Source of the DNA: Prasinococcaceae sp. CCMP 1430
Taxonomy: Eukaryota; Plantae; Prasinodermophyta
Length of the DNA stretch: 64,000 nucleotides
Direction of reading: 5' to 3'
Assembly (NCBI GenBank): GCA_013416795.1
Contig: RQSC01000015.1
Location: 167,696 to 231,695 of the forward strand
This document shows positions 21,201 through 31,956 of this stretch, piece by piece. The translations under genes were made by a program, and so were the position numbers. The notes beneath the pieces are model-generated. The model did not search any database, was not told the origin of the DNA, and worked only from the letters and a program-made list of their open reading frames with translations. Position 1 is the stretch's first letter; each line of letters begins with the position of its first letter.

Positions 21201-24200
21201 AGCGTCTCGAACACGTTCTCCAGCAGTGCCGCACGGCCAAAGCGCACGCAGTTCTCCAGCGTGCGCAGCATGTCCTTCTGCGTGAGCTTGACGACATCGA
21301 GCCCGTTGTCCTTCTCGAGGTTCTTGATCCAGCGGTTGGCCTGGCCCTGTGGGTCGATCATCAGTGGCCACCGGCGGCTCTTGCTCACGATGATGGCGTT
21401 CTCCACGCTCACCTGATCGGTGGGCAGCCCCGCGATCACCCAGTTGCGCGTCTTGATGGGCTCCTCGAGCGTCTTCCTGAGGTCGCACCCATGTGTGTGG
21501 GGCACCCCGAGGTCCGAGAGGCGCTTCGCCCACTCGGCGTTGAGCTTCTCGCGGTAGACGCCTGTGAAGGCTCCCGAGTACGCCACTGTGCCGGAGGAGA
21601 TCATGATGTCTCCCAGCACGTTGACCACGCTCACCTTCAGCTCCTCGACTGTGGCGATCCAGCGCGTCTTTTCGCCGCCCAGCCCGCCGATGAGCTTCTC
21701 GGCGCGCGTCAGCTTGAGGGTGCAGTCCTCCACTTGCCGCGCGAGGTCGGCCTTCTTTTGCACGGCCGCCTGCAGCTGCGACTCGAGGCTGGCGATCTTG
21801 TCCTCCACGCGCTTGAGCTTGGCCTGCGCCTCCTTCAGCTCCGCCATGGTTTTGTCGAGCGTTGCCTGCGCCTCCGCGAGCGCCCGGCGCTTGGGCTCGA
21901 CCTGCTTGGCGACCTGGTTGTACGTGTACATCGCGCGGACCCACATGCATATACTGGTGCACGCCTTAGAGGCCTTTGAGATGGCCTCGGGTGTGAAGCC
22001 CTCGTCGGAGATGTACGGCTCGATCTTCTTGATGACGGCGTCGCTGATGTTTTCCTTGTCGTACGTGAGCAGCGAGTCGAGGAACTTGTCGGGCTGCGAG
22101 ACCAGCTTCGTGGACTGCTCCCAGTAGTCGGCAATCTTCTTGCCCACCTTGTTGGGGTCGTCCACCATCTTGGGCTTTTCGCCGAACATGATGCACGTGG
22201 CCTCCATTACTAGCTTGACGCCCGCGGGGGGGTTGCGCATGGCCTTGACCTCGACGATATCAGAGCGCTGCAAGCTCTTGAGCGACTTCAGAGCGGCTTC
22301 GAGCGCAGGGAGCGCCTGGTCGAGATCGCGCTGCGCGTCGTCCGCGATGGCCTTGGCGGCGGCCGCCTGCTTGTTCGCGTCCTCCTCCTGTTGGCGCACC
22401 TCCGCCTTTGTCTTATCGGCCTCGGCCTTGTCCACAGTGATCACTTCGAGCATCTCGTCGGCCTCCTTGGCCGTCTGAGCGAGCACGGGCTGCAACGCGG
22501 TCAGTTCCTCTTGCATGACCTGCACCTCCTTTTCCGTGGTGAGCAGCTTGTCCAGACCGATCTCCAGGCGCGACTTCAGCGTGTTGAGCTCGTCCTTCTT
22601 GGCGGCGTTGAGCCTGAGGAAGAGATTGAGCAGCTCCAAGTACGACGTGGGCGTAGTGTGGTTGGTGCGGCGCAGTTCGTCGAAGTAGACGCGGCTCATC
22701 TTCTCCACGCTCTGGTGCACGTGTACGCACATGTCGACCATCTTCGGCAGCGTGCCCTCCGGCATCTCAACGTCCGCGAGGAAGTTCGTCGCCACGCTGC
22801 TCAACGCCTGGGCGGGCCACTCCGAGAACCAGTCGATGGCGCAGCAGTTGATCAGCGAGGGGAACATGCGCATGCGGCTGGCAAACGCCGCACCGATTGG
22901 GCTCATGCAGATGACCATGTGCAGGTTGGCACGCACGCGCGAGTTGAACTCAGCATAGAGCGCTAGCTTGGTGGGCTGCTCGCCGCGCTCCTTGAGGATG
23001 GGGCGCATGGCCGTGGCGATGGTCTCCTGATCCTCCACTGCGTCCATCAGGTTGGGGACGTCGCCGGCGTTGAGAATTCCGTTGATGTCCTCGAGCTGCC
23101 CCTCCCACACGATCTGCGTGTCGACGAACAGGAAGGTCGTGGGCTTGCCCTCAACGCCCGCCATCAGCAGGGCGCGCTTGAGGTCGTCCTTCCACTCGGT
23201 CTGGCCGTACCCCTTCGCAATCTCTACCTGGAAGAGCTCGAACTCCTCCATGTACGTCGCGAGGCGCGTCAGCGACTGACGGCCGCTGCCGCCGACGCCC
23301 AGCAGCAGCGCGTTGCCCAGCGGCAGGCGGATCACGCGGCAAATGCGGCTGACGTGCTCGAGCGCGTCCAGGAACAGCACAAGCTTCATCTGCGTGTTGG
23401 ACACCGAATTGTAGTCGTCGAGCTGCTCCTCCACCGACTTGACCAGCTTGTCCATGTCGGTCGCCTGCGCGTACACGCGCGGTTCGGCGCCGGGCACGAG
23501 GTAGTCACCGAAGATGAGGCGCTCGGTGGTCACGATGTCGTCCCAGCCGTGGCCCTCGCCCATGCGCTCGGCGAGCTGCTCGCGCATGGCGCTACCGAAC
23601 CACGCCTTGTCGTCATTATTGACGAGGCGGTCCGCAAATACGCGCGTGAGCTCGTGCAGCCACAGGCACAGCATGCCATTCGGCGTGCCTGCGGTGGCCG
23701 TCGTGGCGCGCATGACGCCCTGCATCACGCGCGCGACGTCGCGCAGGTTGAAGATGTAGTGTGACTTCGAGGGTGTGGGCAGCAGCTCGGTGCGAATGGA
23801 GTTGTACAGCGCCACTGTGGCCGCCACCACGGGGTCGCAGAGGTCAGCGACCTGCGGGTCGAAGCTGCGCCGCAAGAAGGTGCCCAGGACGGTGGTGAAG
23901 ATGCGCTGAATGGACTCGTCGGCCATCTCGTTGAACGACACGTAGTTGAAGTGGCGCAAGAAGCGGCCGGTAATGGGATTCTTGCCGCCGCCCGGCGGGC
24001 CCATAGCGCCCACGAACTGCAGGTCGACGATGCGGCGGAACGAGCACGGCGGCCGGCGCTCGTACCAGCCCTGGTGGTCCATCCACTGCCGCAGCAGCTC
24101 GATCGGCGGCTGCGCGCCATACTTCTCTCGCTGGGGCATGTTGAGATCGTCGATGAGCGCCACGAACTTCTTGCCTGCGGGCGGGCCGAACACACCCTTG

Positions 24201-27200
24201 CGGCGCTTGTCCATCTTGGCATCGAGGATGTCCTGCGTCTGGTTCGCCGACGTGCGCGCCGAGAAGGTCATGAAGATGGGCAGGTACGACTGGTCGAGCG
24301 AGGAAAGCTTGTTCTGCAGGTTGAGGGTCTTGCCCGTGCCCGTCTCGCCCACCGCCAGCAGGTGATTGCCCGCCTTCAGCAGAGCGTCGGTCAGGTACAT
24401 GTAGCGCACAGTGTCCGAGGTGGGCACGATGATCTGCGCGAATGGCGTGGCCGGGTCGAGCTGGAAGTCGGGCACGGTGGCCATCCAGTCGACCCATTGG
24501 CCGGCCTCCTGATCGTAGCCCCACGAATACACGGGCGCGTCGGCGGGCGGGGCGGTAGACAGCCCGGCGGCAGCGCACGCCTCGCGGAAGGCCTGGTCGA
24601 ACATCGGTTGGCTCGGACCGTTGCAGGTGGCGCCCACCGACCACACCACTGAGAAGAGGAAGAGCGGCTCCACCACGGCGGCCAGCCGGTCGACCTCGGC
24701 GGCCGAGAGCTCGTCCTGCCCCTCCACGCGCACGTAGGGCGCCACCAGGGCGTCCATCACGCGGAAGAGCGAGCACACCAGGTTGCCGTCGCCCGGCGTC
24801 GCGACGGTCTCCTTCAGCGACCTGCGCACTGTCGCGAGCAGTTGTGGCACCAGCGCGTCGAAGAGCGCTCGCAGCTTGTCGGCGTGCTCCTTGATGGCCG
24901 GCGCCAGCGCGTGGAGCCACGAGTCGACCAGCGGGCCGATGCCCAGCGAGATGGGCTCCATGTAAACCATGCCGCAGCGGGAGACTGTCGCGGGCGACGC
25001 GACCGCTAAGTCCTCGACCTCGAACATCATGGTCATCGGCGGCGACAGCTGGATGATCTCGCCCGAGACGAGGCAGAGCTTCTTATTGTCGTCGAGCACG
25101 GTGTTCATATTCTCGATCCAGATGGCGTCCACCGGGCCATCGAATACCATCCACTTCTTGTCAGGCTTGGGGTCGTCGGCGCACTCGCGCATGTAGCACG
25201 CGAGCACGCCGTCCGTCCACTCGTGCGTGGCGTCATCGAATTGGCCGTAGAGCTGACCCATGGTGATCGCCTTGGGGTTGAGCACGACTGTGCGCACCTT
25301 CTCGAAGTCCTCGCTGCCGGCGGCCTTGAGAGCGGTCATGGCCATTTTCAGCACGCTGTAATTTGACGTCTTGCCGCCGCCGGTGGGCCCGACGAGCATC
25401 AGGCCGTGGCGCACAATGGTCGTCTCGTACAGCTGAATGATCTTGCCCACGAATTCCTCGGTCGGCTGCAGGTTGAGTGAGGCGCACGCGTCGTCGATGG
25501 CGCCCAGCAGGTCGGCGTACTCCACCTTGGGAGGCTCTACGCCCGGGAAGAGGTCCGAGATGATGCCCGCGAAAAGCGGCAAGTCGTGGGACAGAAACTT
25601 GGGCACGTTGACGTCGCGAAGCCCGCGCAGCAGCAGGACCTCCTCGTTCTCATCGGGGAAGTCGCGCTTGAGGTTGCCCGCGGCGGTGATCACGCTCTTG
25701 ACGGCGCGCATGCCGTAGTCGTAGTGGTCCTGGCTCGACAGCTGCTCGGAGCAAAGCTTGAAGGTGGCGACCATTTTGCGCGCGAGCGCCTTGGCCTCGC
25801 GGAATCCGAAGGAGTACATCGAGATCTCGCCGATGAGCGCGTAGTCGGGAACCATCATGGCCACAGGCCGGAAGAGCGCCTTGAGGTTGTCGGGCAGCTC
25901 CGAGCGCCCCGCGTAGCCCGGGTTCATCGTGACGTACACAGTCATTTTGCACGGGTCGAGCTTGAGGGAGATCTCGGCGTCCTCGAACCAGAAGCGGGTC
26001 ATCCTGTTCTGGATGGCCAGCTGGATGGTCAGGATCTGCTGCGCCACCACACTGAGGACCTCCAAGTCGATGCGGTTGAACTCGTCGAAGCACGCCCACG
26101 CACCAGACGACGCCAGCCCCTTGAAGAACTTGCCCATCGCCAAGTAGTCGAGGCCGTCCGAACAGTTGAAGACCACGCACTGCATGGCAAGCGCCTTGGC
26201 GAGGTCCTTCACTGACTCTGTCTTGCCCGTACCGGCGGGCCCTGCCGGCGCGCCGCCCAGGTTGAGGTCCATGGCGCCCATGAGCGTCATGTAGCAGCGG
26301 TCGGTGAGCGGCGTGATCACCAGGCGTGCGCTGTTGCCCAGGTACTCGTACCCGTACGCGAGGTTGGCGCTCACCATCTTGACGCGCATGTTGTCGTCCT
26401 CCCAGTAGTAGCGCAGCTGCGAGACCCACTCGAACGCGCTCGCGTTCGTCACCTTGTCCTTCAGCAGGCCGGCGGTCACGTCGCGGGCGTGCACGTCGAC
26501 CACAATGAGCGCTCCCAGCGTCTTGCGCTCGAGCCCGGTGAGCTTGCCGCGCACGAGGTCGGTGAGCCCGAGCAGCTGGCCGTTGAGCTTTCCCATGTAC
26601 TCTTCCATGGAATTCCCCTCGAAGGCCGCCTCGACCTCCTGCGTCCAATACGTCGAGCTCACGGCCAGCACGGTCATGCCCGGCCAGAGCTTGACCCACT
26701 CGTTCCGGTCTCGGCACATGTAGTCCTCCAGGCTCTGCTTGATTGAGCCGTGGATTGCGCCGCGCATGCACGACTCGACCTCGCACAGCCAGTTCTCCAC
26801 TGCGCCGCGGGGGTACATGGACTGGTCGAATTTGACTTCCTCCTTCTCGGCGGAGATCATGTGCGTGATCTCCAGGTCGTCCTGAAACTTGATGGACGCG
26901 ATGGCCTCGAAGCACTTCTTGAGGTGCGGCTGGACGGCCAGCGGGTTCTTGGTCTGGGAGAGGATCTGCAACAGCTCGTCGTTCGAGAGGAAGTAGAAAC
27001 GTGAAAAGATCTCGCGCTTGCTCTCGAGGTACTCCGACAGCGACTTCTGCACGCTCTCGAGCATCTTGTTTCCCTCCATGAAGTTGTCGAGCATCTTCTT
27101 GGACGAGCACGCCACGAGCACGCCCGGCGATTTCACGGCGGCGGCCATCGCCTTGCGCCACATGCGGTCGACATTGGAGAAGCGCTTACCTTCGAGCGGC

Positions 27201-30200
27201 AGCTGCTGCTGGATGTCCTCCGAGCTGAAGATCGGCTCGAGGTACATCCACGAGCGCTGGAGCGCCATCCATTCCTCCAGAATCTCCGAGACCAGGCCAA
27301 GCTGCTTGTCCCAGGCGGTGATCTCCTCCTCGAATGGCTTTTTGTATGGCGAGAACCCCATCGCCTGCGCCATGACGATCTGGTCGTCGAGCATCTGCGA
27401 CACGGCCTCCTCGACCCTGACGACATGGGTGCCCGTGTCACGGTACTCCACGAGGCCAAGTTCGACGCCCTCCCACTCGCCCATCATCTTATGAAGGCTA
27501 GACTCGATGGAGAACTCCTTGCTGGCGATGTCGCAGACCTTGGTGATGACGTCGAGGTGGTCCATGAGCTTGAGCTCGCCCACCGCCTTGGCGAGCGTCA
27601 GGTCGGTGCGCTCGGGGTGCAGGTCGACGCCCACGTCCTGGGCGAGTTGGTCCCAGTGGCGGTCGCGCATGCCCGGGTTGCGCAGGCTCTGCAACAGAGG
27701 CAGGTACTCCTTGAAGGCGTCAATTTCGTCGCGGATAGAGTCACAATTTTTGGCGGCCGCGTCGTTGCCATTCAGGCCAAAGCCCTTGCCAACCCTGTAC
27801 ATGGTCTTCCACGAGCTCTCCACTACGGAGTCGATCTCCTCGGGCACCAGCATCGAGAAGGGGTCCTCCATCCACGAGGTGCGGCTGGACCGCCACTCGT
27901 CCGCTGTGACCCACAGGCCGTAGAAGGGCTCGAAGGCGTCGGAGGTCGACTTGAGGCCGCTGTAGTCCGTCTGCTCCTCACCGAGGAGCACCTCGCGCGA
28001 GTTGTACAGTGCGGCGTCTTTCGTCGCCTTGTCGATCTGGGTGCGCAGCTTCCGCATCTTGTCGGCCACCGCCTCAATGTCGGCGAGGTCAGCGTGCTTC
28101 TCCAGGCCCGCGACCGCAGTCTTGAGGCGCTTGACCTCCCCAGTGAAGTTCTCCTGTTCGTCCTGCATTTCGGCCTTGTATTCCTTCTCCAACGCGACCA
28201 GCTCGTCGGATACGGTCGTCGCCACGCCTTGCACACGACGCGCCCATCCCTGGGCGTTGGCCTTCTGCATGAAGGCCTTGTCGCTCAGACCGTATCCCAG
28301 CGTCTCGAGCGCGTCGTACCACACGAGCGCCTCGTCGAGTTCCGTCTGCAGCTCCTGCACGGCATTAGGGACGGTGTCCATGTACTCGCGACGCTCGGAT
28401 ACCTCCTCGATGTCGGCCGCAGGCTGCTTGAGCGTCTTCTCAGTCTTCTCGAATTTCTCGATGATTGACTTGGTCATGCCCTTGGGGATCGCGGCCACCA
28501 GGTCGCGCAGCAGCCCCACGATCGCCTCCTTCTTCGTCGCCAGGTGATCACGCACTGCCAGGCAGTTGATTCCAAAGGGCCCCACCGTGACAGTAGCCGA
28601 AATGGCCGCGCGGATGGACTCGGCATCGGCGGTGTGCTCGGCTATTTGCTCGGTGAGGGCCGACAGCGTGGGCTCGCCCGCCTCAATCTCGGCCACGTAC
28701 TCGGCGGGGTCGAGCGCGAGGAGGTCGAGGTATCTGCTGTAGGACGCCAGGTACTCGCTCGCAGCGCTGGTGGCACGCTGCGAGGCCATCGAGAGCTTCT
28801 CGCGTAGCGCCAGCACCTGCGGCTCCTGCGGGCGCACCGAGTTGAGCACAGGCCGGTATGACCAGAATAGGCCCTCCATGACGAGAGGCTCGAGCTGCGG
28901 CACGGCTGTCACGGCATTTATGGCGCCGTCGAAGACGCCCAGCACCGTCGGGGCGAGCGTGTCCAGGTCCGTGGTGTACATGAAGCTCGAGTTGTCGGGC
29001 GCAAAGCTCAGCGTGAGGGCAAGCAGCGGGACGCGGCGCCCGGCCCCCTCGACGCCGTCGCCACCGGTGCGAGGCTGCTCAGCCTCCTCGATAACCGTTA
29101 CCCTGGACGTGTCCTCAATCTTGACGACGGTGGCGCAGTGCTTCCACATGAAGGCGGTGAAAGTGTCCAGGCTGGACTCGATGAGGTAACGCACCGAGTC
29201 CTCCATCATGAAGCGCACCATTACGAGGAAGCGCTTGAGCTTGGAGCAGTCATAGATCTCCTGCGAGCTCTCGTCGAGGTTGAACCACCCCTTGCCGACG
29301 TCTTGGAAGCTCGAGCGGATGGCGTTCTTCAGGCTCCGCGTCCAGCCGTCCTTGAGGTGGGCAGCCACTTGTGCGCTGGTCTGCGTCTGCAGCTGTTCGA
29401 AGTCGTCGAGGCGCGAGCTCTTGGTGAAGAGCGTGGAGAACATTGACATCCCCGCCACTCGGTTGCACTCCGCGCGCACCTTGACGCGCGCCGCGTTTAC
29501 CTCGGCCTTGGTGAGGAATGTATGGAACGAGAACTCGGAGAACTGTTCTGGAAAATCGTATGGTGGGACCTCTGGCTCGCGCACGCCGCCTACCAGCGAG
29601 CCCACCGATGCATCCATCTCGGCCGCCCTGGCAGGGTCCGCTTCGCCTAGCGATACCCACATGCGCGCGAGCTTGGGGTCAGAGCCCGCCTTGGCGAGCT
29701 TCTTGGCAGCCTCGTCGAAGACGATGCGGTTCATGGCGCGCGCATAGTCGAGTTGAATCTCGTGCATGAGCTGCGAGGTGTCGGCGAGCGTATCCTTGAG
29801 TTTCTTGCTGTTGAGGGCTAAGCCCTGCATGCGGTCGATCTGTTCGGACGTCAGCGGCGGGATGTCCTCGGTGGGCATCGAGTCGACCAGCAGCGAGTAC
29901 TGCAGCGCATCCTCGGCCTTGCGTCTCCGCGCAACGGCGGAGGCGACGCGCCGCGCGTACAAAGCAGGGTCTTCGACCTCGAAGATCAGCAGCACGCGCG
30001 GTATCCACAGGCGCTCGCCGCCGTCATTCATCACCACCAGGTACGCAGCAGCCGACGCACACAGCGCAGCGATCGCGCTTTCATCCGCCGCTGCGGCCGC
30101 CGCCGCGGCCTCGTCGCCGCCTTCTTCGCTGTCAGCTGCTTCCGCGTCGTCGCCGCCCGGAGCCGCCGCGCCCTGCAGAGCGGCCTGCTTGGTCGCGTCG

Positions 30201-30688
30201 CTGGCGGCGGCGGCGGCAGCGGCGAAGTTGTCGCGCACGCCAAGCACCAGGCAACCGCACCACTCGCCGTCAACGAAGGCGCGCGCGCGGACCTCGCCGC
30301 CGGAGGCGAGCGGCTGGACCCACTCTGCCGGCGTGCGACCATCAAACTCGGCGTCGTCGAAGAGCTCCAGCGCCAGGGGGCTCGCATCGCTCGCCAGCGC
30401 CTTCTTGTAGTCCGGTAGGTTGCACGGGGGCGCGGCGAGCAGCGAGCCCACGTCCTGTCGCGCAAATTCTCGCTTCTTGCGCTCAATCTGCACGCGCCGG
30501 GGGGGCTCGCCGGGGCGCGTCTCGAATGGCGCCATCACCTTGGGCTCGAGGCCCGCGGGCACCGCCTCCTCATCCGCCTCGGCGAGCCCCGCCTTGGCGT
30601 TGAAGCCCGCCGCGGAGAGCACCGCGCCCTCGCCGCCGGCCGCGTCCTTGCCCTTGGCCCCCGCACCTCCCGGCGACCTGCTTGCCAT
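18248..30688 (-). CDS. DNAH1: Axonemal inner-arm dynein heavy chain, DNAH1-like, intronless, 4146 aa
   Basis: P-loops GPAGTGKT, GPTGGGKT, GETGTGKT and GVGGSGRQS, plus stalk/MTBD. The N-terminal PKVMAPFETRPGEPPRRVQIERKKR resembles the DNAH1 N-terminus. Confidence 0.92.
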   Translation of the reverse strand: MASRSPGGAGAKGKDAAGGEGAVLSAAGFNAKAGLAEADEEAVPAGLEPKVMAPFETRPGEPPRRVQIERKKREFARQDVGSLLAAPPCNLPDYKKALASDASPLALELFDDAEFDGRTPAEWVQPLASGGEVRARAFVDGEWCGCLVLGVRDNFAAAAAAASDATKQAALQGAAAPGGDDAEAADSEEGGDEAAAAAAAADESAIAALCASAAAYLVVMNDGGERLWIPRVLLIFEVEDPALYARRVASAVARRRKAEDALQYSLLVDSMPTEDIPPLTSEQIDRMQGLALNSKKLKDTLADTSQLMHEIQLDYARAMNRIVFDEAAKKLAKAGSDPKLARMWVSLGEADPARAAEMDASVGSLVGGVREPEVPPYDFPEQFSEFSFHTFLTKAEVNAARVKVRAECNRVAGMSMFSTLFTKSSRLDDFEQLQTQTSAQVAAHLKDGWTRSLKNAIRSSFQDVGKGWFNLDESSQEIYDCSKLKRFLVMVRFMMEDSVRYLIESSLDTFTAFMWKHCATVVKIEDTSRVTVIEEAEQPRTGGDGVEGAGRRVPLLALTLSFAPDNSSFMYTTDLDTLAPTVLGVFDGAINAVTAVPQLEPLVMEGLFWSYRPVLNSVRPQEPQVLALREKLSMASQRATSAASEYLASYSRYLDLLALDPAEYVAEIEAGEPTLSALTEQIAEHTADAESIRAAISATVTVGPFGINCLAVRDHLATKKEAIVGLLRDLVAAIPKGMTKSIIEKFEKTEKTLKQPAADIEEVSERREYMDTVPNAVQELQTELDEALVWYDALETLGYGLSDKAFMQKANAQGWARRVQGVATTVSDELVALEKEYKAEMQDEQENFTGEVKRLKTAVAGLEKHADLADIEAVADKMRKLRTQIDKATKDAALYNSREVLLGEEQTDYSGLKSTSDAFEPFYGLWVTADEWRSSRTSWMEDPFSMLVPEEIDSVVESSWKTMYRVGKGFGLNGNDAAAKNCDSIRDEIDAFKEYLPLLQSLRNPGMRDRHWDQLAQDVGVDLHPERTDLTLAKAVGELKLMDHLDVITKVCDIASKEFSIESSLHKMMGEWEGVELGLVEYRDTGTHVVRVEEAVSQMLDDQIVMAQAMGFSPYKKPFEEEITAWDKQLGLVSEILEEWMALQRSWMYLEPIFSSEDIQQQLPLEGKRFSNVDRMWRKAMAAAVKSPGVLVACSSKKMLDNFMEGNKMLESVQKSLSEYLESKREIFSRFYFLSNDELLQILSQTKNPLAVQPHLKKCFEAIASIKFQDDLEITHMISAEKEEVKFDQSMYPRGAVENWLCEVESCMRGAIHGSIKQSLEDYMCRDRNEWVKLWPGMTVLAVSSTYWTQEVEAAFEGNSMEEYMGKLNGQLLGLTDLVRGKLTGLERKTLGALIVVDVHARDVTAGLLKDKVTNASAFEWVSQLRYYWEDDNMRVKMVSANLAYGYEYLGNSARLVITPLTDRCYMTLMGAMDLNLGGAPAGPAGTGKTESVKDLAKALAMQCVVFNCSDGLDYLAMGKFFKGLASSGAWACFDEFNRIDLEVLSVVAQQILTIQLAIQNRMTRFWFEDAEISLKLDPCKMTVYVTMNPGYAGRSELPDNLKALFRPVAMMVPDYALIGEISMYSFGFREAKALARKMVATFKLCSEQLSSQDHYDYGMRAVKSVITAAGNLKRDFPDENEEVLLLRGLRDVNVPKFLSHDLPLFAGIISDLFPGVEPPKVEYADLLGAIDDACASLNLQPTEEFVGKIIQLYETTIVRHGLMLVGPTGGGKTSNYSVLKMAMTALKAAGSEDFEKVRTVVLNPKAITMGQLYGQFDDATHEWTDGVLACYMRECADDPKPDKKWMVFDGPVDAIWIENMNTVLDDNKKLCLVSGEIIQLSPPMTMMFEVEDLAVASPATVSRCGMVYMEPISLGIGPLVDSWLHALAPAIKEHADKLRALFDALVPQLLATVRRSLKETVATPGDGNLVCSLFRVMDALVAPYVRVEGQDELSAAEVDRLAAVVEPLFLFSVVWSVGATCNGPSQPMFDQAFREACAAAGLSTAPPADAPVYSWGYDQEAGQWVDWMATVPDFQLDPATPFAQIIVPTSDTVRYMYLTDALLKAGNHLLAVGETGTGKTLNLQNKLSSLDQSYLPIFMTFSARTSANQTQDILDAKMDKRRKGVFGPPAGKKFVALIDDLNMPQREKYGAQPPIELLRQWMDHQGWYERRPPCSFRRIVDLQFVGAMGPPGGGKNPITGRFLRHFNYVSFNEMADESIQRIFTTVLGTFLRRSFDPQVADLCDPVVAATVALYNSIRTELLPTPSKSHYIFNLRDVARVMQGVMRATTATAGTPNGMLCLWLHELTRVFADRLVNNDDKAWFGSAMREQLAERMGEGHGWDDIVTTERLIFGDYLVPGAEPRVYAQATDMDKLVKSVEEQLDDYNSVSNTQMKLVLFLDALEHVSRICRVIRLPLGNALLLGVGGSGRQSLTRLATYMEEFELFQVEIAKGYGQTEWKDDLKRALLMAGVEGKPTTFLFVDTQIVWEGQLEDINGILNAGDVPNLMDAVEDQETIATAMRPILKERGEQPTKLALYAEFNSRVRANLHMVICMSPIGAAFASRMRMFPSLINCCAIDWFSEWPAQALSSVATNFLADVEMPEGTLPKMVDMCVHVHQSVEKMSRVYFDELRRTNHTTPTSYLELLNLFLRLNAAKKDELNTLKSRLEIGLDKLLTTEKEVQVMQEELTALQPVLAQTAKEADEMLEVITVDKAEADKTKAEVRQQEEDANKQAAAAKAIADDAQRDLDQALPALEAALKSLKSLQRSDIVEVKAMRNPPAGVKLVMEATCIMFGEKPKMVDDPNKVGKKIADYWEQSTKLVSQPDKFLDSLLTYDKENISDAVIKKIEPYISDEGFTPEAISKASKACTSICMWVRAMYTYNQVAKQVEPKRRALAEAQATLDKTMAELKEAQAKLKRVEDKIASLESQLQAAVQKKADLARQVEDCTLKLTRAEKLIGGLGGEKTRWIATVEELKVSVVNVLGDIMISSGTVAYSGAFTGVYREKLNAEWAKRLSDLGVPHTHGCDLRKTLEEPIKTRNWVIAGLPTDQVSVENAIIVSKSRRWPLMIDPQGQANRWIKNLEKDNGLDVVKLTQKDMLRTLENCVRFGRAALLENVFETLDPALEPVLLKQTYKQGGNEVLKIGDNIVPYHADFRFYITTKLANPAYSPEVSVKVTLLSFLSTQEGLEDQLLNTVVGEERPDLSEQKNQLVVANARMKSELKDIEDKILYMLSNSQGNILDDESLIDTLAKSKVTSDQISKKVAEAEVTERSIDATREEYRPVAIRASLLFFCIADLGLVDPMYQYSLTWFIDLFVRGIGAAEKSSEIAERISHLNEYFTYSLYVNVCRSLFEKDKLMFSFLLTVKLMQYRGEVDGDEYRFFLAGPTSSSIDKPNPGAPWLTDKSWIEILNLARLPAFEGFDAHFAEEIDHYRGVFDAGDAHREALCGEWDAKLSSLQKLLFLRCLRPDRVVLGMQDFIDAQMGRKFIEPPPFNLQLCYADSSPLSPLVFVLSSGADPMADLLQLAEEMKMQRKFDKVSLGQGQGPKAEKLLQKAMASGMWVCLQNCHLAPSWMESLEQIVENMDPQKVHKDFRLWLTSMPSPKFPVSILQNGVKMTLEPPRGLKSNMARSYLRFTDKYLTECAKPVAWQKMLYGLCLFHAVIQERRKFGPLGWNIRYDFTDGDLSVCQTQMLNFLNDYDDIPYRVIRVLTSEINYGGRITDDKDRRLSNTLLLKFINDDVVREDEPYSFSDSGTYKVPARSDSAKANLDHIAALPLQPAPEIFGLHANAEITCDQNETYATLETVLSLQPRVSAGKGVSREEQIENKCREIAARVPKVFDVDAVQARYPTLYEESMNTVLQQECIRYNGLLAVMHRSLDQAVKAVKGLVVMSPELEAMTDSVFDNRVPEMWSNKAYPSLKALSSWVQDLLERTAFLTKWYEEGVPKCFWISGFYFPQAFLTGTLQNYARKNKMAIDTVNFSFKTEDAMMPASITSGPEDGVYIRGLFLEGARWCDKEHRLAESRPKELYTNMPVMWLLPQQMKPVEAGPGIYMCPVYKILSRAGTLSTTGHSTNFVLFIALASDKPDSHWIARSAAAFTSLS

Positions 30689-31104
30689 TTTTGTGAAGTT
30701 AGATTAATATCATTTTGTGCTTTTTGTAAAACATTCTTTTTTTCATGTGGGATATGCAAGTCATGAACACTAATAGAAACACCTGCTAATGTTGCTTGAT
30801 AAAATCCGACATGTTTTAAAATATCTAACATACGTGCAGTTTTAATAAAACCGTAATGTTGACCCCACCAGCTAATTAGTCGCTTAACTGTACCTTTATC
30901 AAAGGTTGTTGAATATAAAATAGGGGTACTTGCTAAGAGATCAAGATTTGGATAATTTTTTTGCATAAATAATTATAAAACTTGTACAATTTTTAAATTA
31001 TAAAATAATTAAAAATCTGAGCGATTTGAAAGAGCACAACAAGATAAATGAACACTAAATAAAAGTCTTCCAACACTAATTCTATGATATGAACCCATTT
31101 TTTA
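30676..31104 (-). other. rpoC2: Plastid-derived DNA: rpoC1 3' end (31098-31009), spacer, and rpoC2 5' end (30966-30676)
   Basis: Abrupt AT-rich block. It translates ..MGSYHRISVGRLLFSVHLSCCALSNRSDF* (like the rpoC1 C-terminal YxRxxxGRxxF) and MQKNY...FDKGTVKRLISWW...MLDILKHVGFYQATLAGVSISVHDL (RNA polymerase beta'' N-terminus). Confidence 0.9.
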
Positions 31105-31327
31105 CCACCCACCCCGCGACCACCCAACACCCCCTCCCTCACCTCTCATATCGACGCGATACCGCGCGGGCGTGCGATGCGGCCGAGGTCAAAACGCATG
31201 CGACGCGCGCGCGCCCGAACCGGAACGAGCCCGGGCCGGAGCGCAGGCGCGGCGAGGGCGCCGTCCGGCGTAACCGTAACACAATTAGGGTCGAATCATA
31301 GGGTTCGTGCACCGCACGCGGCCACTA

Positions 31328-31807
<480 letters not shown>

Positions 31808-31956
31808 TCACCACCATCAGAGATGTAAAAATTACTGTACACGCTTTTTTTTAACAACGGCGCTGCGGCTGCGCCAGAGCGCGCGCGCGGAGCGCTGCGC
31901 GCGCGGCGGCGGCCCCAACCCCCCCCCCTCCCCCTCCCCCATCTCCTTCGGTCGCG

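Noticed and set aside
18261-30410. Numerous long antisense and alternate-frame ORFs over the dynein gene (and over all other genes)
   Set aside because: Expected shadow ORFs from ~70% GC and strong GC3 bias; no independent motifs.
30535-30966. ORF-track 143-aa chimeric rpoC2/GC-rich ORF as a real fusion protein
   Set aside because: The tail is an off-frame read of the dynein CDS; the ORF is a by-product of the junction.
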